DNA of 64,000 nt from Phaeosaccion multiseriatum (lineage: Eukaryota; Protista; Ochrophyta, other classes), in contig OZ218952.1 in assembly GCA_965112735.1 (NCBI GenBank), positions 5,704,001 through 5,768,000 on the forward strand, read 5' to 3'. The translations under genes were made by a program, and so were the position numbers. The notes below the pieces were generated by a model that was not told the origin of the DNA, did not search any database, and saw only the letters and a list, made by a program, of their open reading frames with translations. Below, one piece after another: positions 38,352 through 50,788 of the stretch; positions within the stretch are counted from its first letter, which is position 1, and each line of letters begins with the position of its first letter.

Positions 38352-41300
38352 TCACCCTTGTCCTTTCTTTTCCGAGGAGTAAGAAGTATGCTGCTCCTGA
38401 GGAGGAGCGTCGGAGGAGGCAGGAGCAGGGGGCGACGAAGCAGAGGCAGGGGCAGAGGACTTGGAAGAGGTAGGGACAGAGGGGGCGGAGGAGGCGGGGT
38501 GGGGTTGCGAGATGACGATGCCGAGGTATTCGTCCCCGCCGCCCGTGCTGCGTTGATCTCGCTGCAACACCGCCGCCAATGACCCGCTCTTCCACCGAAG
38601 TATCGACCCGCGCGTGCGCCGCCGGTGCCCCTGCTTCTGCTCCGTCGGCTCCTCCTGGTGGTTTAGGGGCGGACGCACCAGCTTGAGGCTGATAGGGGGA
38701 ATATCCGCGCTGTCGCCAATGGGCTTTGGGGTGGAGCTGGGCCAGTGTGCGGGCGGTGAGGTTTCGCTTGTCTTGCTTGTCTTGCTTGTCTTGCTTGTCT
38801 TGCTTGTCTCTTTCTCTCTGGCCCGCACAGAGCTCCGGCGGGGGTCTCTGCTGCTGGCACCGCCGCTCCCCGTGCTGTCAATCGCCGCCACCCCATCGCT
38901 GTCTACTGCGATGGAAGCGACGGAGGTGTGGCGTGAGTTACTGTTGCCGTTGCTGTTGCTGATGCTGTTGCTGCGGGTGTTGCTACGACTCATGACCTGG
39001 AGCAGCGAGTTGCTTCTGCCTCCAAGCCCCGGCGTGGGAGCGATAAACACCTGCCTGTCGTCGAGTCTCAGCAGCGGCTGGCTGGGGCGGGGCTGGCTGA
39101 GGAAGGGCATTCCCGTCTGGCTGAGGCGCGGAGAGACCAATGGGGCAATGTCCGGAGCAGATGTGTGTCCCTCGCCCAGAATGGTGTGCCATGAGGCCCG
39201 AGGCTGAGGCCGACTTTGTTGCTGCTGCTGCTGCTGCTGCTGCGGGAAGTGCGGCGGCGGCTGAGGTCCAATCTTTCCGACGACTCGCCCCCTGTCTTCT
39301 GCCTTTGCTCCTCCTCCTCCTCCTCCTCCTGGCAGTCCTGGTGGTGTTGTTACTGCTGCTGCGGTTGCTGGCCACACCCTCCCACTCACATCACTCCCAC
39401 TGGCGAAGTCCGCGCTGAAGTCGCCCTCCTCAACGCGAGCCCTCTCCTCGGCCTTGTTAATGGCCCTCGCCTCCTTTAGGCTCTTCTGCAGCGTGCGGTG
39501 GGCACTGACATACGCCTCCCTCTCGTCCCTCCGAGGCACCAGTTGCGGCCTTTGCCTTCCACGCCGCTCTGCGGCTGCTGCTGCGGCTGTGTGGCTCTCC
39601 TCGAGTGGGGTCCTTGCTCCCTTGGTCTTGACCGCCGCCGACGCCCCCTTTGATAGGCTCTCTTGCTGCTCCTCCGACAGGTGCATGATGTTACTCAGTT
39701 GAGCGATGTCTCCCGCCTTGATCAGCTGGAGGATGCGAGCGGCGTTAACTCCGGTGCGCACCTTGTAGTGCGAGCGAAAGTCTTCCCACTCCTTCTTCTT
39801 GGCGCGGATCTCCTGTTGACTCTGCTTGATTCTGAGGGGGGGGAGGGGGTAGGGGCAGGGGAGGAGGGTCAGCAGACAGGGGAAGGGGCAACGCGGGTGG
39901 TACATGCGAAAGGAGCGCGAAGCAAGCATGGTGAGTGGCCCTCACGGTGGCCCTTACCTCACCCACTCACTCACTCACTCACTCACTCAGTCTCTCACTG
40001 ACTTACTTGGTCTTGAGGGCCCTGAGCCCACCCTCGAGGCGCTCCTTCTCCTCGTCATTCATGCTCAACCGCTCCATGGTTTCCGAGCCCGAGCGTCCCC
40101 TCGACTGAGACGCCGTCTTTAGCTCGGCCAGGTCCTTCTCCACCTTCAGCTGCCTCTCCTTCTCCTCCCCCAGCTGCTGCCGGAGCTGTACGAGCTGCGC
40201 CTCGGCCTCCACCACCTCCTTGGGGCGGGATGGGCTCTCCTCCATGGCCGCACCACCGCGAAGCTCAAACTCCTTCGTGGAAGTAGGGGTGCCGTTCGCG
40301 GGGGCCTCTCCTTCCCTCCCTGTCACGGCCAGCAGGGGCTTGGCGGCGTTCTTCTCGCGGAGGACGATGACGAGTTTAAGCAGCTCTTTCTTCCTCCCTG
40401 CTTCGACCTCCCTCTCCTGCTGCTGCTGGCCGCTGCGGTCGCCGTCGCTGGCGACTTTGCCCTCTCCGCTGTCCCCATCACCCTCTCCATCCTCAGCAGC
40501 GGCAGTGGCTGTGACGTCACTACTGTCAGGGCCGGCGACGGCAGTGGCAGCGGCCGGGCCTGCCTCAAGCTGTGCGAGCACTGCCTTGAGCTGCTTTACC
40601 TCCCCCTTGAGGCGCTTCACCTCAGCCTTCTCGTCCTTGGCGGTGTACAGGGCCGTGTTGGAGGACGAGGCAGAGGCGGACGAGAAGGAGAAGGAGCCTT
40701 TCATACTCGCAGCAGCCGTCTTGGCGCCATTGGCAGGGTCCTTCTTACTGAAGAGTGTGCTACTGCTGCTGCTGCTGGTGGTGGTGGTGCTGTCGATGGT
40801 ACTCCCCTCCTGAGGCTCCACACGTTCCAGCAGAGGGGGAGAAGCTTGAGCCGCCTTTGCGCCCCCCTCACTCGTCGTAGAGGACTTGGAGGTGGCGGCC
40901 TTTACATCCTCCGGGCCTCTCCGTTGCTGCGACCCTCCCCCCCCCCCCCCCTTCCTCCCCCTCCTCTTCCCCCTCCCCCCCGCCCCCCTCCTCCCCCTCC
41001 TCCCCCTCCCTCCTCCCCTCAGGCTACATAGCTCTCGCCTCAGGCTTTGCCGCTCCTCCTCCAAAGCCTCCTGCCCCTCCCCCTCAAAGGCCCTGCTTCT
41101 TCCCAATATGACTGCTAGCTGCTCCACCTCGATGACCGGTGGTGCCCGTGCCGCAGCCAGCGTCTTGTTCGTGGAGCTCTCGCCCCCTGCGGAGGTGATG
41201 CGTGAGGGCGGGCGAAGGAGTACATCCCTGAGCTGTGCCTGGAGCCGCTTGAGCACTTGCGCGTCTTTGTGCAGCTCCTCGCCCTCTCTGCGCACGCTGC

Positions 41301-41485
41301 TGTAGGGCACCTTTTTCTGGCGGCCGAGGCGAATCCGCTCCTCTTGCCACAGATGGCGAAGCGCCCCGCAGCTGCTCAGCGTCACTGTGTCCAGCGCTGC
41401 GGCACACGCCCCTTCAATCTTCCCGTCGAGGTCGGAGGTAGAGAGGGGCGTGGGAGCTTGCCCCGACTGCGCTGCTGTATCACCA

Positions 41486-41517
<32 letters not shown>

Positions 41518-44500
41518 ATCACCAACTGCTGCTGCTACTCCAGGGACTGGCGTCTGCGCCCCCCCCCCCCAGAACGTAAAAGGCGGCCGAGGCCACACCG
41601 ACCCCTCCTCCTCCTTCCTCTGTCCCTCAAGGCCCGACCACTCCGCCAGGCCGCTGAGCTGCTCCACCATCGTGCCTCCTGCCACCACCGTGCTGTTCCT
41701 TACGGCCCCTTGCGAGAGGAAGCTCTGAGCCGCTTGCACTGCCTGCTCGGCGCTCTGCAGCGTGCCCTGTGGACTGCGAATGTTGCTCACTTCGAAGGCC
41801 AACTCGTCCATCTGAAGCTTCTTCTCCGTCAGAAGGGGGTTCACAGAGGCGGCAGTGGAGGTGGAGGAAGTCAAGGAAAGGGGCTGCCCTTCCTCGTCCA
41901 CAATGGCGACGACCTTGAGGTTGTGCACATCCACCCACGCCGCCACGAGCTTGCACAGCAGGATCTCCTTGCGTGTTGGTCGCGGCTTGGCCCCCTGCTC
42001 CAGAGGATGGCAGTGCATGGGGGGTGGGGGTGGGTTAGGCGTCCTGTAAGCGCCCGCTCTGGGTGTGGGATGGGACGGACGGCACAGAACAGAAAGCAGC
42101 AAGCCCACGAGCACACACACACACACACGCACGCACGCACATACGCACCTGAATGAGGCGCAGTGCGATGCCCTCAAGCTGGGTGGGAATGGCCAGCGCT
42201 GCCTCCTCTCGGCCCTCCCTGCCCACCTCCCATACCAACACGCCGAGGAGACACGACGCCGCGGCGGGACTGAGCTCTCCCCCGCCCAACAACACGGCGT
42301 GGTGCAGTTCCTGCGTGATGTGTCGCCTCGTGGGGAAGGCAAGCACGGTGGCGGGGCAGGTGGCGATGGCTGCCAGGAGCGTGTTGACGCAGAGGAGGCG
42401 GAGGTACGCCCTCTCCGCCGCCGCCGCGAGATTTGCCTCCTCCAGCAGGCTGTTCACTCCCTTTCCCTCTCCTCGGCCCTTGAAGGTGGCTGAACCCTGG
42501 AGCAGGTACTCGATGCAACCCTTGGTGGCTTCAAAGTCGTCCCCTGACCCTGCACCCTCCCTCTCCTCCGGCGGCAGCAGCAGCAGCAGTCCCGTGACTC
42601 GTCGCTTGCACGCTCGGAGCTCCTCGAGGCTGGTCATGCCCATTCGATTGGCCAGTACGGAATACAAAAAACCAATGGAGGCGCACATTTGCCGCAGAAT
42701 GGCTCGGGGGAGCAACTCCGGCCCCTCGAGTGCCATCCGCTGACCCTTGTCCTCCTGGTCGCCACTGCCGCCGCTGCTGCTGCTGAGAAGAACCAGGAGC
42801 GCTTCGTGTGCTTCGTGCGAGGGCCCTTGTTGTTGCTCCGAGTCGGGAGTAGCAGTGGAAGGCGGGGCGAAGGACAGCCGCAGACTGTACACAAGAGCCG
42901 CCATCTCAAAGACGCTGCTCGCCACGCCGCTCTTGCTGTCCCTTGGGCAGCTGTGCGGGGTGGTGAGCTCTCTCAGCGTGTAGTCCAGAAGCCTGGCAGT
43001 GGAGTCGTCGTTGGTCCCTGCCCCCCTGTGCCTGCGTTGCATGTTGGAATCAAACATGTCCTTCTGTATGGCCTGCATTTCAAACACCAACGCAAACATG
43101 GGGTCCGCTTCATCCGCCTCTCTGTTGGAAGCAGTGGCGAGCTGAATTTCCTCCGCCTCCAGTTCCTCCTCTGCCCTGCGAGCCGCCTCCTCCTTGGCGA
43201 GGTTTTCCTTCTTGGCCTGCGCGCGACTCTCGTACATGTTATCAATGTCCCCTTTAAGCTCTTGCACGGTCTTGAGACACCCGTCCAGCTGATCCTGCAC
43301 GGCCTCTGCCTCCTGCACCACCCAAGCCTGCTGCCGCTCGACGCTTCTGAGCTCGGCATCCTTGTCCGCGTCATCAATGGCAGTCTGTATGGCGTCGTTC
43401 TTTTGACGCAGTTGCGCGTTGAGCTGCTGTAGCGCGTCAAAGTCTGCCCGGATCGTGGCCTTTCGCTTCAACTCGATGGTGTCATCGGTTTCTAGCTTGG
43501 TAAGCGCCCGAGCAGCGTTTTGCCGCCTTTGAATCTCGTACTGGTGCAAGCTGGATTGCCCCTTCTCGTCCCGCTCGCCTTGGCGGTCTTGGTCTTGATT
43601 CCTTCTCTTGCCCCCTCCTCCTGTCTGCCCCCGCTGCTGCTCCTCCTGCTCCTTTTGCTCCTGTTGCTGCTCTTCGACGGCCTTGAGACTGGCCAGGGCA
43701 TCTTGCAGCCGCTCCTTTTCCATCTTGACTTCCGTCTCCTCTTTGCTGATCCTGTTGATGCGGTCCTGCTGCTTGCGAAGGATCTCCAGCGAGTCCTCCG
43801 CCTTTCGACTGAGCCTGAGCTTCAATGCCTTAAACTCCTCGCTGTCCTCCACGCCAAGGTTGGCCATATTCTTCTCCACACTCCGCTGCTCCTTTTCTAG
43901 CACTGCTATCCGAGCGCAAGTCTCTACAATCTTGTTGCCAAGCTCCCGCTGCTTTTGCTCCTGTTCCCGCTGGACTCTGGCCTTTTCCTCCTGCACCGTC
44001 TTTACCCAGTCGGCGGATAACCCGGATATGCGCGTCTTGAGACTAGCCATGGCCTTGCCCCGGTTCCCTTCGTGCAGAACAATCATGTGATCTACGGCGT
44101 TTTTGAGCTGATCCGCATCTTCCGCTGCCCTGTCCGCCTCGTTTTCCTGCGAGAGACGAGAGAGGGAAAGGTTGCGTGATGCGATTGGGGGAGAGTTAAA
44201 ACCAAGAACCTCGGAGCGGGACTTTTTTACACCCGGACGCCCCGCGAGAAGATATGTGAATGCCCCCCCAGGCCCGGGCCCCCTCACCATTCTGTCGAGC
44301 ATGTCGTCGTCTTGCCACTGCCTCTCTGTCCGTTTGGAGCACCAGAGGTCCACCTTCTGCAGAGACTGATGCCCACTGGGCGCGCGAAACATGCCATTCA
44401 GCCGCCGCAGGTTGGAGATGGTTTGGAGACGCTGCTCCCGGTCGTCTGGCTGGTCGAACTGGAGGGTCTCTCGATCTTCCCCCACCGTCTTTCCGCCCCC

Positions 44501-44917
44501 TTTGCTCATGAGCGACAACATGGCATTGGCGGAAGCTGCGGCCTCCTCCTCGTCCTCTTGCTCCTCTTCCGGCCCCTGAGCCGCAAAAGTGCTCCCCGCC
44601 TGGGTCTTTCCGTGCCCAAGCGATGCTTGCCACGGAGGAGTGTCAATCATCTTGATTAGATTGGCCACTCGAGCCGTGGCGCCGTCCACATCAGAGAACA
44701 GCTTCCGCAGGGACGCATCCCTCTCCGCCGCCTCGAACGCCTCCAGCTCCTCCTCTGCAAATTTCTCCCAGTCCTCTGCTTCTTGCGGCGCCCTCGACTC
44801 ATTTTTCTCGGGAGGGAGGAGCGCGTCAACCCTCTCCAGCATACTTTTCATTTTTTGGGTACGACTCAGGACGTCGCTCATAGAAGCAACGTTTGCGGCT
44901 GCTGCTTCGCTGCTCAT
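38352..44917 (-). CDS. Large uncharacterised coiled-coil/low-complexity protein (long exons)
   Basis: Consecutive long ORFs 42035-45283, 40003-42342 and 38352-39929 with E/K/Q-rich heptad segments and GT-AG-bounded microsatellite introns near 42.0-42.15 kb and 39.83-40.0 kb. Start (44917 or 44983) and end are uncertain. Confidence 0.65.
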
Positions 44918-45238
44918 GTTACTGGCACTGGGTGTGGCGGCACTGGTGGTGGCGGTAATGGTACTGCTGGCACTGCTGGTCATTGGCCATGGCGTGGAGG
45001 GCCACTCTTCTTCTCCTACTTTCCGCCAAGGCCGGCCCCTCCTCCTGCTGCTGTGAATGCCCATAGAGGGCGAGGACGGCCACATTTTCCCCTTGCCTCC
45101 TCCACACAGAAGCAAGCAGCAGAGAAGGAAGGCTCCTGCCCTGCCGCAGCCAGGAGGGGCCGAGAGGGGGGGGGGGATTACTTTTGGTTGAAACGCCATT
45201 TTGACAGCAGCCTTTTTACTACGGGAGAAAAGGGGAAG

Positions 45239-45703
45239 AATCGCCCAAATCGCCCGAAATCGCGACCAAAATGTTTTTTGCACATACTCAGGAAAATGAC
45301 GCTGGGAGAAGCGCTATAGCTGTTCGTGTAGCTCTTTGAGATCCCCACCGATCTATGGTCTTTCGGCTTTCATCGCCTCTTCCCTGCCGTAGTTGTCAGC
45401 ATTTCTGCACCCGCAACCCCCCCGGGGGGAGAAGGCGGATGTGCACGCCACGGAAATCGCTCATGGGCAGCTTGCCCGCCCTTCTGCAAGAGAACAGGCG
45501 TAGCGCTACGGCGGCTAAGCAGCAGGACTCTTGGCAAGCCTGGTGCGATTCTCCCCCCCCCGGGAAGGGGATACTATGCTGACAACTACGGAAGGGAAGA
45601 GGGGATGAAAGCCGAGAGACCATGGATCGGTGGGGATCTCAAAGAGCTACACGAAGAGCTATAGCGCTTCTCCTTCTCCCAGCGTCATATTCTTGAGTAT
45701 GTG
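45239..45703. mobile_element. Foldback/MITE-like hairpin element, copy A
   Basis: Arm 45281-45402 is the near-perfect reverse complement of 45576-45703, with further inner pairing. An unpaired outer motif AATCGCCCAAATCGCCC lies on the left. Confidence 0.8.
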
Positions 45704-45841
45704 TGATATAAACTAAATAAAAAAAATAAATAAAAAAATGTCTGGTATGAACTTTTCATTGGAATTTTTTTTGTATTGAATGAGACAGTTCCAGCAAGTA
45801 TGGCAAACTTTCTTTAGGAGGACTCTGAATTTTTCCTCGGT

Positions 45842-45936
45842 AACGACGTACTCAAGTGGTTAAGAGGATCGCCTGCTAGTATTACTTTGAAAGTGATTGT
45901 GCTCTGCACGCGAGAGTTCGAATCTCTCCGTCGTTG
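45842..45936 (+). tRNA. tRNA-Ser(GCU) with a 13-nt canonical intron
   Basis: Acceptor AACGACG/CGTCGTT with discriminator G; D arm CTC..GAG; anticodon stem ATCGC/GTGAT with GCT at 45875-45877; intron 45879-45891; long variable arm GTGC-TCT-GCAC; T arm GAGAG-TTCGAAT-CTCTC; T6 terminator. Confidence 0.93.
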
Positions 45937-46021
45937 CTCGACTTTTTTATTATCTTTTTTGTGTAGTTCGAATCTCTCCAGCATCGCGAGATTTTTTTTA
46001 CTTTTTTTCTTTATTTTTTCC

Positions 46022-46370
46022 CACTCATTGGCGGAAATACGTCAAGGGGCCTCCCTTGTGACAAATTATGTGCCAGCCATGAGCTGCGGCGCCGCGGAGA
46101 GTGTCTCCTTCAAGTGGGGAGCCCTCCACACAGCGCGATATGTGTCTCTCACCCGGTCCTGTAGCTACCTCCTCCTCACTCACGCTCGCGCCCACACCCA
46201 CGCTCGCACCCACGCACGCACCCACGCCGCTACTGCTACTCACAGCTGTGGTGAGCACTCCCTTGATGCCCACGCGACTGTCGCATGGCAGCACGCTGTC
46301 AAGGCGCAGCTCGGGCTCTGAGGGCAGCAAGTGGTCATAGTCCCTCACGTTCTCCTCCTCCTCCCCCTCC
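46022..46370 (-). mobile_element. Repeat copy 1, putative 3' end of a non-LTR retroelement (LINE/SINE-like)
   Basis: ~340 bp nearly identical to 52668-52990. On the minus strand it ends in a stem-loop followed by ..CCAATGAGTG. Similarity stops where the LTR begins. Confidence 0.55.
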
Positions 46371-46378
46371 TCCCCCTC

Positions 46379-49194
46379 TGTTGGAAGGCCTGTTGGAAGG
46401 TCACGGGATAGGCATTGGGGATGTTGGAAGGCCTCAACATGGTCGGTGTGTCCTATATTACGTAGATCCTGAGTGGCAATGGGCCGCTCAGTGAAGGTAA
46501 ACTTGGTACGGAGAGCCTAGCAGCAGGGCTTGCAAACGGGTTCCATCCCGGCTAATATACCGAGTGTTACCACTTGTCTAAGCGGCTTAAGTCCCAAGGT
46601 GTGGCGTGGGACATCCCTGCCGCCGTTGAGGCAGCGGACGTGGCTGCGACGCTCTCGGCCACAGCAGCAGCCGCAGCAGGCGGCGGTGGAGGAGGAGTTG
46701 GCGCAGGAAGAGGAGGAGGAGGAGGAGGAGGCAGAGGAGGAGGAGGAGGAGGAGGAGGAGGAGGAGGAGGGGGAAGGGGGGGAGGAGGCGGTGACGGATT
46801 CACAGTTGGCGGGCGAGAGGATGGAGAGACGCCAGCAGTGAGGGGCGAGACGATGGAGAGACTCCAGCGGCTGACCCCGAGGCCCATGCGGCTGCAGCGA
46901 GCGAGGCAGCAGCGCTGGCAGACGTGGAGTCCGCACGGCAGGCTGCTACACCGCAATTTGGTTGGTCCCTCCCTGGTGTTCCTCCGGCAGTGGGTGCGCA
47001 GTCGTGCGCAGCCCGCATACTGCATGGGGCTCGTACTCATGAGCCAGCGTGGTGGGTGAAGGCGCAGCAGCAGGACGCTGAGTTGGAGGGGTGGCGTCAG
47101 AAGGTCTTGACAGCCTCCCCGGGCGAGGGGGTGTTCGATGCGGGCCGGGGGAGTTCTCTCTCGATGGCGATGGAGTCCTTCGTCGCAAGTGGGCCCCCGG
47201 GGGGGGACGGTGGCGAGTAGAGCGAACGAGGTTGCAGCTCTGTGTCCCCAAGGCGCTCAAGCCTGCTCTATTGCATGCCACTCACGGCGACGCGGTCTCA
47301 GGCGGGCACCACGGGCCCGGGCGGATGCTGGACGCGCTGCAGGAGCGAGTGTGGTGGCCCTACATGAACGGGCACACGTTGTACTGGGCCCGTTCGTGTC
47401 TTGCGTGCCAGACACGCAAGACGACACCACGGAGGCGCCCTCCGCAGGTGCCGCTCTCGTCCATATCATCGGAGGCTGTGAATGGGCCCTGGGCGGGTAT
47501 GGGTGCTGACGTGGCCGGACCATTCCTCATGGCCATGGGGGGGGAGGAGTACATTTTGGTGTTTCAAGACTGGTTCACCAAATGGACGGTGGTGGTGCCA
47601 TTGTGCGCCAAGGACTATACGGCGGAGGGCATTGCTCGGGCATTCGTACGGCATGTAGTGACGGTGCTGGGGGCGCCCAAGGTGCTGGTCAGTGACCAAG
47701 GGTCGCAATTCACGAGCACGCTAAGCAAGCAATGGCCGATGTGCTGCGCGTACTCCAGACATCACAAGTCTTCACTACGCCGATGCATCAGCAAGCCAAT
47801 GGGCAAGTGGAGCGCTTCATGGCAACGATGAAGGACATGCTGGCGACGACGGTGGAGACCCAGATGCAGCTGTGGCCTGAGTATGCTCCCGCGCTCACGT
47901 ACGCGTACAACTGCAGGGCTCACAAGACCACAGGCCTCTCCCCGTACTATACTCTCTTTGGTCGCCACCCCCCGGTGCCGCTTCAAGCGATGCTGCCTGC
48001 TCTCGAGGAGGATGGATCGTTTGAGACGCCTTCGGCATGGGTGCATGAGCTGAGGGCGCGGATGGCAGCAGCGGCGCAGGTGGTGACGGGCAGGCGCGAG
48101 GAGCACCGTAGCAGACTTCAGCTCAAGAACCGTGAGCGTCGCTGGCCAGCGCCGATGTCTCCGGGCACCAAGGTGTGGTTGTACCAGCCAGGGGGGGCGG
48201 GGCAGGAGGAGGGTGAGGCCATGGAGGAGCAGAAGGCACTGACTCTCAAGGCGCTGAGTCATGCTTGGGACGGACCGTTCGAAGTCCTGGCTTGGCCCAC
48301 ACAGCAGGCCTTTCAGGCGCGACATGGTGGGGTTCTCAACGATGAGCACCACGCGGTGATGCGCCGTAGCACGGTGTATCTGGATGTGCCGAGGGTCAGA
48401 GGCGGGGGAGTGGAGTTCAAGCTAGGGGCGTACCATCGGGACCTCACCAAGCCGTTCGTTGATGGGGTGAGTGGCCAGCCGCAAGGGCTACCAGACGGGT
48501 TCGCTCGATACCACATCCGTTACTGCTCAGCCCACTGGGGTACTACTAGTGCACTGCAGGAGAAGCGCAGCGTGACCGACGGGGAGGTAGGGGTAGGGCG
48601 GGAGCCGGAGCTGGCGCGGATAGTGAAGATGAGGTGGCGTAAGGCCATAGGGCAGCCACTCCGGCGCGAGTACTGTGTACGTTGGGCTGTACGGGAGGGC
48701 GGCAGCTATCAGGCGTGGGAGTGGCTGGGACGATTGGCTCTTGCGGCGCGGCGAGAGGGCTGCAATCGAGGCATTCGAGGACTCTTTGGCGCCAGGGGCG
48801 TTGGACCCGGGAGTGCAGGGCAAGCGTGGGCAGAGGTCCAAGCGAGAGCGCACCGTGCGCGCCATGTTGCACGAGAAGTGGGGGATGGGCATCGCTGCGG
48901 AGACGGCGCAACATTTGGGGTTCTAGACCTTGCGGTGGTGGTGGTCGAAGAGGGGGGATAGGCATAGGGGATGTTGGAAGGTCACGGGATAGGCATTGGG
49001 GATGTTGGAAGGTCACGGGATAACCATTGGTTTTGGTCGGTGTGTCCTATATTACGTAGATTCTGAGTGGCAATAAGCCGTTCAGTGAAGGTAAACTTGG
49101 TACGGAGAGCCTAGCAGCAGGGCTTGCAAACGAATTCCATCCCAACTGATACCGAGTGCTACCACTTGTCTAAGCGGCTTAAGTCGCTTTTACA
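46379..49194 (+). mobile_element. Internally deleted Ty3/gypsy (chromovirus-type) LTR retrotransposon
   Basis: Direct repeats at 46379-46593 and 48972-49194 (TG...CA complete only in the 3' copy). Purine tract at 48947-48971. Integrase lies between the repeats; no gag, protease or RT is visible. Confidence 0.9.
47091..48900 (+). pseudogene. Frameshifted gypsy integrase with GPF and chromodomain-like C-terminus
   Basis: HHCC: HGDAVSGGHHG..WWPYM..CLACQ. Catalytic core: GADVAGPF, QDWFTKW, VSDQGSQFTS. After a frameshift at ~47730: HQQANGQVER, AYN..HKTTGLSPY..LFGR, WDGPFEV, IVKMR..REYCVRW..AWE. Confidence 0.92.
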
Positions 49195-49519
49195 GGACGT
49201 ACCACCCTCCTCTGCTGGCCCCACCCGTGATGGTAAAGGGCACCGTCACCCACTGCTCCGCGTGACTCACATCGACCAACCGGACGCCATCCACTATCTC
49301 TTTTATTACATCTCTCCCTCTCCTTCGCCTTCCCCCCCCCCTCCCTCCCGTCCAAACCTCCCTCTTTCACCCACCTCTCCTCTCGCACTCCGCCTGGTGT
49401 TGTAGTACCTCCTCCACCCTCGCCTTGGTGTTTAGTAGCCTCTGCGGGTCAGATGAGTCAATGACATTGGTGGTACAGCCGCAGCAGCAGCAGCAGCATC
49501 GCACTCAGCACCATCAGCA

Positions 49520-50788
49520 TCAGCAGGAGTTGGTGGTACGTCCCCAGCTCTGGCTGGCCCCTGCCACAGCGCCGTCACGTGCAGAAGCATCACCGCCACC
49601 GCCGCCGCCAGCAGTTGCAGTAGTAGGACCATTGCCACCGGCGCACTCCTTCGCAGGTTTTTCTGCTGCTCCCTTGGCCTTTGTTGCTGCGGTGGCACAC
49701 TCTTGCTCCCTTGCCATCATTTGCTGGGAAGGAAGGAGTGAGAGGACGTGGTGTGAGGAGCGAGGATAGATGGCTAGGATGAATGAAGACGGGTTTCCCC
49801 TGACAGACGCATGAAACAGTTTCAGTTCCAACTCAATCACCTTCTTGAGCTCCGCCAGCCTTGCTCTGCAGTCCGTCTTGCTCCTGCCCACGGACCGCGC
49901 CAGCGTCTTGAAGTGCTCCTTGAGAATGTACTCTCGAAACTGCTTGTCCTGCTCGGGGGTGAACTGAACCTGTGGACGACCACTGCCAGCCCTGCCTTTG
50001 CTTAAGAGGGAGGCGGAACGAGCCTTCCCCTTGGCCTGTGTGAGGAGGAAGGAGTGTGTGAGGAGCGAGGACGTGACAAAGAATGGCTGGAACCAGCCAA
50101 GGCCAGAATCAATCACCTTGTTCTTGAGCTCCACCAGCCTTGCTTTGCAGTCCGCCTTGCTCCTGCCCACGGACTGCGCCAGCGTTTTGAAGTGCTCCTT
50201 GCGAAGGAACTCTCGAATCTGCTCGTCCTGCTCGGGGGTGAACTGAACCAGTGAACGACTACTGGTGCCAGCCCTGCCTTTGCTTGAGCAGGAGGCGGAA
50301 CGAGCCTTCCCCTTGGCCTTTGTTGCTGCCGTCGTTCCCTGAGGAGGAAGCAAGGAGTGTGTGAGGAGCGAGGAGGTGACAAAGAATGGCTGGCTCCCAG
50401 AATCAATCACCTTGCTGAGCTCCACCAGCCTTTCTGCGCAGTCCGTCTTGCTCCTGCCCGTGGACTGCACCAGCTTGTTAAAGGGCTCCTCGCTAATGAA
50501 CTCTCGCAACTGCTCGTCCTGCTCGGTGGTGAACTGAACCTGTGGACGACCACTGCCACTGGCAAAACCCGTTTCTTGCTCACTCACCAAAGCACGTTGC
50601 TCCGTCGTCATGGTATTCACACTCGCCACTCTCGAGCGGACGGAGGCTGCTGCTCCTTTCCCCTCCCCTGCCTCCGCCGCTGCGTGGCTGGCTGGGCCCC
50701 TGCCTCCGCAATTGCTGCTGCTGCTGCTGCTCCTCCTCTCTCTCTCATCCCCTGGAGGCCAGCTAATGCCTTGGTGAACCACGGGACC
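49520..50788 (-). CDS. Protein with three divergent Myb/SANT-like repeats on duplicated exons; 5' end unresolved
   Basis: Three copies of VQFT(T/P)EQD(E/K)Q.RE..F..L..S.GRSK.DC..RL.EL. Each is followed by a GTGATT..AG intron-like segment (50410-50339, 50116-50036, 49840-49724). Confidence 0.65.
   Translation of the reverse strand, partial: GPVVHQGISWPPGDERERRSSSSSSNCGGRGPASHAAAEAGEGKGAAASVRSRVASVNTMTTEQRALVSEQETGFASGSGRPQVQFTTEQDEQLREFISEEPFNKLVQSTGRSKTDCAERLVELSKVIDSGSQPFFVTSSLLTHSLLPPQGTTAATKAKGKARSASCSSKGRAGTSSRSLVQFTPEQDEQIREFLRKEHFKTLAQSVGRSKADCKARLVELKNKVIDSGLGWFQPFFVTSSLLTHSFLLTQAKGKARSASLLSKGRAGSGRPQVQFTPEQDKQFREYILKEHFKTLARSVGRSKTDCRARLAELKKVIELELKLFHASVRGNPSSFILAIYPRSSHHVLSLLPSQQMMAREQECATAATKAKGAAEKPAKECAGGNGPTTATAGGGGGGDASARDGAVAGASQSWGRTTNSC

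Noticed and set aside
46505-46518. PBS-like TGGTACGGAGAGC
   Set aside because: It lies inside both LTR copies rather than just after the 5' LTR, and is not preceded by a CA terminus.
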